Shown here one piece after another: positions 1 through 11,343 of a DNA stretch of 64,000 nucleotides; the stretch's first letter is position 1; every line of letters starts with the position of its first letter. The DNA lies in assembly GCA_977030845.1 (NCBI GenBank), contig OZ365115.1, forward strand, positions 28,644,001-28,708,000, given 5' to 3'. Source of the DNA: Fimbriosthenelais zetlandica. Taxonomy: Eukaryota. A program made the translations under genes and the position numbers. The notes beneath the pieces are model-generated. The model worked only from the letters and a program-made list of their open reading frames with translations. It was not told where the DNA came from and ran no database searches.

Positions 1-2767
1 ACATTGACTCCAGTGAGATCCACATTGGAGCTGAAATCCGTAGAGGTGACGAATTCTGCAATACATTGTTTTTCTAATCAGGGAATCAATATAATATTAT
101 AATGAAATATAATATTTCAATATTTACTTTAATCCATTACACAGTTGCATTAAGTCAATATTCATCATTTTAAGGGACATTTGGACGCCTGCACTTAGGT
201 TGTTACAAGTCGAACAACATCACTTTCAACGCTCGTGTCAAAGTTATCCAAGGTAGTTCTATCCCATTTATTATAACTCGCGGAACCTCTCGCTGCCAAC
301 CCCTCTTGCATAACTACTGCGAGCCCTCCATTAACCTCTCGCTCCCAAGTCTCGTTGGAAAGAAAATCGCAGGAAAATGCTGCGAGCCCTTGAGGGAATG
401 TTCGATATAGACGAGTCTGACACCTCAATATATTCCCTATAGGAGACGCGTCTGATACCCCAATACAATGTATTGGGATATCAGACTCGTATAAGAGAAT
501 CATTCTCTATAGTAGACGAGTCTGATATCCCAATAGATTCTCTATAATAGACGAGTCTGATATCCCAAAACATTCTCTATAGTAGACGAGTGTGATATCC
601 CAATACATTCTTTATAGTAGACGAGTATGATATCCCATACATTCTCTAGTAGATGAGTCTAATACCTCAATTATTACATTCCCTGTTGTAGACGAGTGTG
701 ATATCCTAGTACATTCTCTATAGTAGACGAATCTGATACCACAATACATTCTCTGTAGTAGACGAGTCTGATATCACATACATTCTCTATAGTACATTCA
801 TATATTTTATTATGATACAGTGACCGCTGAATTGACAACCAAAGATGTCACCGAATTTCTCGAAGAAGCAACCATGTTGAAAGATTTTCACCATCCCAAT
901 CTGTACAAGCCTCTAGGTATCACTGTTGATAAGTGGAAATGCTGTGTGATCTTTCCAAATATGGAAAATATGGACTTGAGGACATTTGTTGCTACCAATG
1001 TAAGTACAAACAATGAGGAGCCCAAATTTTAATCAAAGACCATTTGCCACGATTAAGTCAACGCTAAATTGAAGATAGAGTTCCATTGAGTACATACTAT
1101 AATCAATTATTTGTTCTGAGACCAATTTAATCAGTTAAAATTTATACAGTTTTGTGTTGTTGAAATATATAACACAATAAAACAAATATTTTGTAACCAC
1201 AACTACCTTTAGCAATTTCATGAGAAGAATCTGAAGTTCACTGGCTTGCTGCTTGATGTCGCAAAGGGTATGAACTACTTGGCCCAGAACAATGTCGTTC
1301 ACGGTGATCTGGCTGCTAGAAACTGCCTGTAAGTATCAATAGTTTGAACTTAAATACTTCATTGTTAATGTGCTCACAGCAGCCCTTGATGACTAACTGC
1401 ATAAGATCAATTATTTGTTTAGTTGGGAACATCTCCATAATCATGGACGGCAAAAGACATCCCTAATATATATAGACTGTCACTTGTAATATGCATTATT
1501 AAGCAGTATTCGAATAATTATGATAATGGACCGCAGCAGGAGTTCAATTTCATGTGTTAGATATTTTCATTTTAGAGTGGAAGCCACTGAAAATGTCTTA
1601 GTCGGAGACTTCAGCCTTGCACGTGATTTGTACAGAGAAGACTACTATCAAACTGACAACAATGTACGTGCTATACCACTTAAGTGGATGTCACCAGAAG
1701 GTATAAGCACGGGAAGATCGTCCACGGAATCCGATGTGGTAAATTAATCATTGTATATCAACACTATATTTTTTCTGGATTTTGCATGTTTATGTATACA
1801 GATTTATAAATTATATATGAGATTCTTGGACGCCTTTACCATGATCTTCTGCCTATCGCTGTGCCCATTGCAGCATGCTATAAGTAATATTCAAAATCCA
1901 AAATCTGAATGAATCCACAGAAGGGTGTTACAAATTCTTTTCAGTGGTCATTTGCAGTCACAATGTGGGAAACCTTTACAGAGGGAGCCAAGCCCTATAT
2001 CCATGTTGAAAACTATTATATGCAGACATACCTCAAGCGTGGTCATAGGCTTGAAAAACCAGAAGGCTGTCCATCCCCTATGTAAATATGCATATTCTTC
2101 TATTATTATCATTATCTACTAACAAACAAAAATTTAAGACCAGTTTAATGGTACTTTTCTGAAATAAAAATATGAGGAACTATTCAAAAGTAATGATAGA
2201 AGTATTACCCCAGGCACTATTCTCACGATTTCGGTTCTTGCTCTGTATATTGTATCTTAGACGTCCTCACAGAAAAAGATCACCAAGTCTCATATTAGCA
2301 GTAGGCTTATTACATTCAATACCAAATCTTTTATATATCATAGATTTGACCTGATGTACCAATGTTGGATGAAGAATGCCTACGAACGCCCATCATTCTC
2401 TATGCTAGTGATGGAATTAGAAGGATTCATCTCCTCGATTTTAGAGGTCAATTCGCAAAGCAAGTTTATGTTACATGATGATGATGTTTCAAGCAAGGAG
2501 GCTTTGTTTCCATGCCAAATGGAATTAAGCAAAACCATTGATGACAACATCCATGTCGAAGATAGTACCACTGGAAACACAAAGCCAGAAACATTCCCAC
2601 TGGTGGATTTAGAGGTTAAAATAATCGCACAAAATGATAGGCCTGTTTCTGATAACGCAAGATCCGCTGATCTTCAAGAGGAAGTAGGCCTAAAACCCAA
2701 GCTGATTCCTCCTAAACCCAAGAAGAGAGTTTACTGTCCTTCAAAGATGACTAATTTTAAAGAGTGA
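1..2767 (+). CDS. MET/RON-like receptor tyrosine kinase, 3' part (kinase domain and C-tail); 5' end lies outside the window
   Basis: GT-AG exons <1-45, 175-252, 821-999, 1213-1328, 1576-1738, 1945-2081, 2344-2767 join in frame: EIRRGTFGRLHLG...ARVK...EFLEEATMLKDFHHPN...VAKGMNYLA..VVHGDLAARNCL...GDFSLARDLYREDYY...IPLKWMSPE...SDVWSF...CW...ERPSF. Closely follows the MET kinase domain as recalled (MKDFSHPN, DFGLARDMYDKEYY, LPVKWMALE). Confidence 0.88.
405..795. repeat. ~35-bp minisatellite in RTK intron
   Basis: About 11 degenerate copies of TTCTCTATAGTAGACGAGTCTGATATCCCAATACA. Confidence 0.9.
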
Positions 2768-3363
2768 CATATTGAAAATGATGCAAACCGCTAGGAAATC
2801 GCCAAGACGTTAAATCGCCAAGAATTAATTTTCAAACATTATAGATTTTGAAGCTAACTATCTTGTTTATAATTTCCAGTAGGCCTAATCATGAATATGT
2901 ACAATGAAGAATGATTTCCTCTCCATAGACCATAGACGAACCAGAAGGAATTAGCATGGCATGAATATTGTAAAAATTTGCTACAATAACCTAATTATTC
3001 TTGTCTCACATAGGCCTAAGTAGGCCGATGTGTTGCCCTGATGCTACAAGATGATGATGCCTTAAATGGACATCTATAGTATAATACTACAAATTATTAA
3101 ATTATATTACCGGTATAGGCATTACATAATTATTCAAAATTATAATAACAGTCGAAAAAAAACTAGGCTATTCGTAGGATTTACCCCATAATTCACAAAT
3201 TTTGCATGATAATGAGCTAGGGGGCCCGCCCCGCCCCTTTTTCGTAAATAGTAAGATAGATGATGTCACGTAACACCGCAAGAAATTAATCCCCTCCGTC
3301 CGGTGGCTCCCTCACCACATATAGGCCCCTACGGCGAAAATGGGAACTAACGCTCAATGCTAA

Positions 3364-4200
3364 GTTAATGGAGCATCGCTAGGAATTTTCATCCGACGTT
3401 TGTAAATCAAAGAAAGCTCCTAAATGGTCCCAACTTGAAATCAGTCGGTAAAATTTCATGGGGAGTTTATCCCGTCCAAGAGAACAGAGCTAAATTGTCT
3501 GTAAGCCTGTAAACGGCGAGATAATGATTTAATGTTAGTGGTTATTGTGGGCGATAACAGGCGCTATTCAGTGCTGCCACCTTGTCTGTCGCGAGTGAAC
3601 TGAGCTCCGCCGCGCCTTTACTTTTGCTTGAAACCACCAGGTGGCAGCCCTGTTTCTGGTCGCCACCATCAGCTGAGCGCCCAAGCCGAACCGGTTAATG
3701 CAGGCGTCGCTAGGAATTTTCATACGGCGTTTGTAGATCTAGGAAAGCTCATAAATGGACTAAAATTGAAATCAGTCGGTAGATTTACCTGGGTAATTTA
3801 TCGCGTCCAAGAGAACAGAGCTAAGTTGTTTGTAAACCTGTAAACGGCGAGATAGTGGAAGCAGTGTTGTTATTGTGGGCGATAATAGGCGCTAATGAGT
3901 GCTACCACCTTGTGTGTCGCTAGTGAACTGAGCTCCGCCGCGCCTTTACTTCAGCTGGAAACCACCAGGTGCCAGCACTGTTTCTGGTCGCCAGCATCCG
4001 CTGAGTGCCCAAGCCGAACCGGTTAATGCAGGCGTCGCTAGGAATTTTCAGACGGCGTTTGTAGACCAAAGAAAGCTCCTAAATGGGCCAAAATTGAAAT
4101 CAATTGGTATATTTACATGGAGAATCTATTGCGTCAAAGAAAACAGAGCTACGCTGTCTGTAAGCCTGTAAATGGGAGCAGTATTATTGTGGGCGATAAT
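3364..4200. repeat. ~330-bp tandem triplication (about 2.5 copies) upstream of HEATR1
   Basis: GTTAATG...CGCTAGGAATTTTCA...GCGTTTGTA...GAAAGCTC...TTGAAATCA...AGAACAGAGCTA recurs at ~3364, 3694 and 4022 (period 328-330). Confidence 0.9.
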
Positions 4201-4927
4201 AAGGGATTTGGCCGATGGGTCGGTACAAAGTTGACCGTCTGATGGCGCCCTCGCTACCTATACGGCAAACGAATGAACTACGGTTGGTAGCCGTTACAAC
4301 GAATGAAACTGATTGTGCACCCTTTTTTTGGTTCAGTTTCCGCTAACCCATGTGGTCGAGCTTTCCTGTGGATTTCAGTGTTTTCTTGTGTAATATTCAT
4401 AGAAAGGCTTCGATCATTTACACAACTCGACATCAAGGTTTGTAGACTGTATTTTATTGGGTTTCTGCGTTCGATCGATAGCCACCAACTGATTTATCGT
4501 CAAAATTACCTATTATCGCCCATGCCAATGCGGTCAGCCGATGATGAAGATGGCAATGGCATGGCCCTAAATTTCATAATGGTACTGGCATTATTCAGGG
4601 TAGGCTTATAATATTATAATAATAATTGTTATTGCCAGTCGTTCGGGACGGGGATACCTTAGTTAGTTCTCAAAATTACCCATGAAAATTGCTGTCTTTA
4701 GGCCTACATTTGGTATTTTCAATACGGTACTTTCAGTTTGTTTCCAAAACTCAAAACTAAAGAAACATTCTCTCCTTATTATGTACCGGTACCTGTACCA
4801 TAGCTTAGAACGTGGAATAAACGTGATAGGTCAGAGAAATTAACCTGTTTAGACTGTTAGTTTTAACAACCTGTTAGTTTTAACAACCTGTTTCCGTAGT
4901 TTTAATACCAACTATTTACCTTTTCAG

Positions 4928-7900
4928 ATGACATCTCTCGCCAGTCAGCTGAAGCGGCTGGCCGTGCCCTACACCCAGGCCGTGTTTGGATCTGATAAAA
5001 AACGTGCTACACTCCTATTCGACCCTAAACAAGCGGCCGAGTTAGACAAACAGTCCGTCTATGCCATCGGTATGTATAGGCTATAGCCTAAAGTATAGGC
5101 CCAATGCCAAAATATTTTTTTTAACATCTAATTTATTCAGGAGGTGCAGCTATACATACAATGAGTGATAACATACAACAAGTATTTATGACGTGTATTG
5201 TTGCCTTCCATAATTCTGAATTTTGGGGGGTACCGGTATCTAATCATTATTCGTACCGGTATAGGCTACAATACGGTATCTCTTATCATAAAAAATTGAC
5301 GATACTGAGATATTATACTATTAAATGTAATAAAATATCCTATTCTCAAGAGAGGTAATTATATAGACCTACATAATTGTTGTCATCTTTCCAGTTGGTG
5401 ATAATTTTTATTTTATTCATCTATTCGTTTTCAGGGATATCGGGACTGGAGGAGTTGGAGGGGATGGACCCTGAGTTCTCTGAGTACCATAACACGCTGT
5501 TTAACCTGTCCAGTCAGAGCTGGGAGCGGACCTTACAAAGCAAGGAGGTGAATACACAGCTAGATGAGACCATCTCCAGCTTCCTCCTCCGTCTCTCGCC
5601 TTACTTACTGCTCACTCCAGCTCATAAAGCACTAGAGTGGCTCATCTACAGGTCTGTCCAACTTATTTTTTTTTATTTTGTGATTCTGAAATACTAGAAA
5701 AATTACGAACTATACTTTGAAAGCCTTTGTTCATCCTTTTTTACAGTAGCCCAAAATCCTAGATCCCCCTGGGACATGGAACAATGAAATGGATTTTTTA
5801 GAATCAACACTGCAATAATGTTAATTAAGAAATTTAATTTTAACGATTTTTTCATTTATTTTGGCCGTGTTTGTTTATGTTTTGTATTTCTCTAATCTTT
5901 ACTGAAAACTGCATTGTCTTCAAAATCCTCTAACAGAATTGTATCAGCATGACACAGGTCAAGGTGTCGGAATTCAATTATTATTTTACAACTTTCCTCA
6001 GGATATTATTACAGTAGTATTAATAACTTCCACCAAATTTTAAAATTATAATTTGTTTTATAGGTACCATATACATCAGATGAACATTGATGCCTTGTTA
6101 CGCTGTGCTATGCCTTACCATGAGACTAAGATCTTTGTCCGCATTATCCAGTTATTGCCCATAACTGCCGAAACCAACAAATGGTTCTGGCTTTCTCCAT
6201 GTGGTGTAAGTATGGCTAAACAGTCATTGTCTAAATTACATTTAATTAGTGATCACAAATGACTAAATTTAAAAAAAAAATAGATATATTGCCTGTGTAA
6301 CTGCAACATATATAATTATAGTCGTCTCAGTTGTTAAGGTTTAATCTTTAATTTTTCATTGTCTGAGTAAACCTGAATCCCCCTTTGAAGTCGCAGAGAT
6401 TTTTGTGTATGATTTTTTTGTTTTTTTTAAATGTTATTCGAAAACTTTATTACCAATGCCGCCAAACGGCGTTTTTTCAGGCGGTTCATTAACATTTAGC
6501 GATAAAAGAAGACAATAATTTTGCTTGGAAAAAAAATCATAAAAACCTCATAGAACCTGTTTTGCAGATTTGTGTTTATTCTCGGATAAATATTCTAATT
6601 TTGTATATTTTACAATAATATTTATATTAATATTCCTGTGTTTTTTCTCATCAGAATTCCGGCGTGGTCCTTCCACGGCTATCGCTCATCGCTCATTGTC
6701 GCTCTGACCCGGCCTTCCTCACATTTATATCTGAGATGCCTATAGCCTACATTAAGGAGCATGGCTGGGGCAGCAGTAACCTACGGACAGTGGTGGCACT
6801 GTGGACATTTACCTTACTGGGTGTGACAGATGACCGCACCCAGATCACTGAACGTCTCATGGGTTCGTATATATAAATATTCTCTTATGGTGCGGTGACA
6901 CTGAAGCCGTTTTTTGGCCGTATTGCGACTTTTCATGAAAAGCTTATGAAAACTTCATAAAAAGTATATAAAAAGTCCATAAAAATTTGCGGCGCAACCG
7001 ACTTTTTATAGACTTTCTATATGCGTTTCATAAAACGATGCAGTGCGACCGAAAACCGCTTAGGTGTGTTCGCACCATTAAAGAACCAGACCATTCATAG
7101 AACCATTAAAGTAATAAGATTTTACTGAGAGATTGACTTCTATTGACAGGTATACTGGTACCAGCCCTGACCCGTGGGTTAAAGAGTAAGTGTGAAGACC
7201 TAAAGGCCGGTACATACATGATACTGTCTCAACTAGTCTCTCATACCGTCCTCAAACCTGACCTCCTCACATCACTCATACCGCTCCTTACCAAGGTTAG
7301 TACCTCAGACATTTAATATAGAATGTCGGAGAATTCACTCTTATTTCAGGCAATAAATTATTATTAAAGGAGTTGCGAATGTTTCTAATGATCTCAAGGT
7401 CTTGGGTTCAAAACCTGAGCTGTCCGAAGATTTTTCATTTTTCCCTGACTCCTTTCTCATCTATTTCTGGTGCAATGTCGCAATGCCCTTAGAAGAACCC
7501 CAACTGCATTGGATGTGTTTCCTAATCAGAGGGAGTCCTACACAAAACCGAAAAAATTGTTCAATATTCAGATTGTTTTTTTGTACTTTTCAGTATATTT
7601 CACCTAAACTGACGAGAGAAGCTCTCCTCTGTCTCACTCTAATCATTCGATCACAGAAGCTGCAGAAATTACCCAAAAAGTAAGTGTTATTATATGCATG
7701 GATACGACTGTTTCCTAATATAAATATGGTTAAGGGCAAGCTTGTTAGTAATAATGATTGATAATTGGTTCTAATTCATTAATTACTGTTAGTATTTCCT
7801 TGAAATATTTATTTGTTTCAACATTATTTAATGATCAAAAAGTTGCAAAATAATATGTCCTGTGTATTACAGATGTGTAAAGAGACTTTCGTCTCTACCT

Positions 7901-10900
7901 GCTGTGGTGGAAACCTTGGCAATTCTGACAAACAAATACGACATGACCCCCCTCCTCACCACCTACCTACACGCCTTGGTTCCCATGGCAATGAAGATGA
8001 CGTCATCTGTGTCATCCTCCAGTGAGGATGAACAGGAAATGAGAAGTCCACGTCAGTATGACGTCATCCTCTCAGGACTCCTCACTGATGTTTCCATAGA
8101 TACCAACCTAGCAACGGAAGTTGCCACGTATGTATACATACCGGTACCTTTTCAATTTCTCGAGTACCCCTAAAGATTTCTGTTAGACAGTACTCCAATG
8201 ACTTTTCTGCTTGAAATTCTGTAATATTTGTTCTTGAATGGTCATTTTGTGAACACTATATTTTATGTTAAACAGTGTTCAGACATTTTGAATTAATGTA
8301 AATTCAGTGAGTCATTGATTTCGATTTAATGACTAAAATATCTTTATATTTTTATGTCTTAGGTGGTTGCTAGAGGAACTTGTGTCTGCGGTTGAAAATA
8401 GGCCAGAAGAAGAATGGAAATCAGCATCCAAAGCCTTCCTGTCCGTTCTTCAAACTCGGTAATTCATTTACTATAAACGAAACTTATATCAATTATATCA
8501 GGTAGTGGAGGGAGATAGCCCCTAATCGACCAAGTGAGAAAATAAAATAGCCACTACCTTAGATCAATTATATCAGGTAGTGGAGGGACATAGCCCCTAA
8601 TCGACCAAGTGAGAAAATAAAATAGCCACTACCTTAGATCAATTATATCAGGTAGTGGAGGGACATAGCCCCTAATCGACCAAGTGAGAAAATAAAATAG
8701 CCACTACCTTAGATCAATTATATCAGGTATTGGAGGGACATAGCCCCTAATCGACCAAGTGAGAAAGTAAAATAGCCACTACCTTAGATCAATTATAACA
8801 GGTAGTGGAGGGAGATAGCCCTTAATCGACTAAATTAGAAAGTAACATTCCTATTAAATATATTTGCAAGTGGAGTACTAAGCTGGTCGTATAGTGATCA
8901 CTTTCCTATATTTTGTTGTATCAAGAAAAAAAGGGGGGGCGATAAGGTTATGAAGTCAATATACGGGAGGAATTATCAGAAATTAAATGAGGCCATTTTT
9001 ATGGAGAGTATAAGTGAAAATAGCAGGCACGTAAATAATGATGATACAATTGACGAAATCTGGGGCGGAATTTATGACAATATGGAAAGAATCCTAGACA
9101 AGACTTGTCCAGTAAAAAGAATGACTATCAGGGAGAATAATGACTCATTTATCACTACTGAAATTAAAAGGGATATCATTACGAGGGAAATACTGTTTAG
9201 AATAGCCCGGAGTAGTGGTAAGGTTGAGGATTGGCAGGAGGCCAAGATTGCAAGGAAAAGGGTACATAGAAAAATTAGAGCAAATAGGAGGGAAGGATTT
9301 AGAGAGAGGGTGAATTCTTTCAAAGGTGACCAGAACAAATTCTGGAATGTTATCAGGGACTTGTTCCCATTGAAGAAAAACAGGGAAATTAGCCGCATAA
9401 TGGATGAAGATGGGAAACTTCTTGAAGGTATTTCAGCCAGTTCCTATATAAACGAGGTGTATACAAAATTACTGCCCAAACCGAACGTAAATCTGGACAG
9501 CGTAGTAAATATTGCAATTAGGGAGGGCACTGGGTATAATTGGGATATAGAGGTAGATGTGAATAAGATCAAAGAGAGGCTGATGGAGATACAAGTTAAT
9601 AAGTCTTCGGGTTACCCCGATATTAGAACCAGTGTGGTAAAAATTACCCTATTATCTGAGTGTGATAAATTCGCGAATCTGATAATCAAGTGTATTCGGG
9701 AAGGGGTGATTCCACAAGTTTGGAAGAAAACTATTGCAACTATGGTTCCAAAAAAAGCAAATGCCAGGACCCCTTCTGATCTACGGCCAGTAAGTTTAGT
9801 AGCTCTGCCAAGTAAGATCTTAGAATTTTTTGTCAGGAATAATTTACAAGATTATTTTGAGGACCAAGGTCTTTTCAATGATTCCCAGTATGGTTTTCGG
9901 TCTGGGCGTAGTGTGGATACAGCTGTTCTCAAATTACTCAATCAAGCGACGGAAGCCATGGATAATGGTCATTTCAGTGTTGTAATCTATTTTGACATTG
10001 CCAAAGCATTTAATAGTATTAGCCACAGTCTTTTACTGAGAAAATTGGAAAAATATGGTGTTCCTGAAAAAAGAATAAAACTTATCGATAACTACCTCTC
10101 CAATAGAACACAAGCTGTAAAATTCAATAATTACCTATCAAATGAACAACCATTAGACATAGGCGTTCCCCAGGGATCTTTATCTGGTAATTTTGTATTC
10201 AATTCTAATTTGATTCTATACGCAGATGACACGGCCATGATATGTAGTGGTCACGATTTAATGGAAATTTGCAGAAAGGTACAAAACGATGTCAAGTTAT
10301 TTACTAAATGGTGTGATGATAATGGGTTGAGGATCAATAGCTCAAAATCTCTTTGTCAGGTTATATGTACAAAACATATGAGGAATAGTAATAGATACAA
10401 AGACCCGGAGATTTATTGTAATAATGTTAAATTATCTGTAAGTAGTGTGGTTAGATATCTCGGTATTCAAATAGACAGTGAATTAAACATGAATGATAAC
10501 ATTGCTAATACTTTGAACAAATTTTATAATCGTTTAGATTTATTCAAGAAGTGCAGATATTTAATGGATGTGGATACTGCAATATTGATTTTGAAATCAT
10601 ATCTCCTTCCTGTTATTGAATTTGGTTCTGTATTTAATTTGTGTAGCTCGGAATGTAATAGAGGAAAATAGAGGTTGCCTTTAATTATGCAATTCGTTGT
10701 GCTCTTAAATGCAATAGGTATGTTTCTAGATCTGAGTTGTATAAACGTATTAACCTCCAACGCCTCTCCGTAAGGAGATATACAAGATTGTCATGTCTAA
10801 TGTTCCATTTTAAGCATTGTACAGATATGACTTTACAGTCAGAGGTTAATACAAGACGGAGGGTGGGGACTAATTTTGTAATTCATAGATTTAAAACGGA

Positions 10901-11308
10901 AAGATATAAAAAGACACCAGTGTATCTAGGTAAATACTTATGGAATCAATTGCCAAGCGAAATTAAATTGGAGAAAGACTTTGAATTAGCAAAGGGTTTA
11001 ATAAAGAAATATTATAGGGATAAGTACGGCAATGGGGAGTGTGATAGGTTATAGGGGTCTAAAAACAAATAATTGTGTGAAATTTTGTTTGTGACTTTGG
11101 ATGATGATTTAAAATATACTGTAGAAGGTGGTACAGGTCCTGATGTGATGTGATGAGATGAGCAATAACAGATATTAGTATAATATTTTATAGTTAAATC
11201 CATTTTAAAATATCTTGAGCATTCGGATGTGATAAGAATTAAGATTGTATTGATAGGACGCCTGAAAATATCTTGTTAAAGAGTATGGTAAATAAAAAGT
11301 CCTGTTGG

Positions 11309-11343
<35 letters not shown>

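Noticed and set aside
195-503. 102-aa minus-strand ORF
   Set aside because: It runs antisense across an RTK exon and the 35-bp minisatellite and has no protein features.
8487-8830. CRISPR-like array (regular repeats with an internal palindrome)
   Set aside because: Units are near-identical over their whole 75 bp with no unique spacers, there are no cas genes, and the context is a eukaryotic intron. It is a minisatellite.
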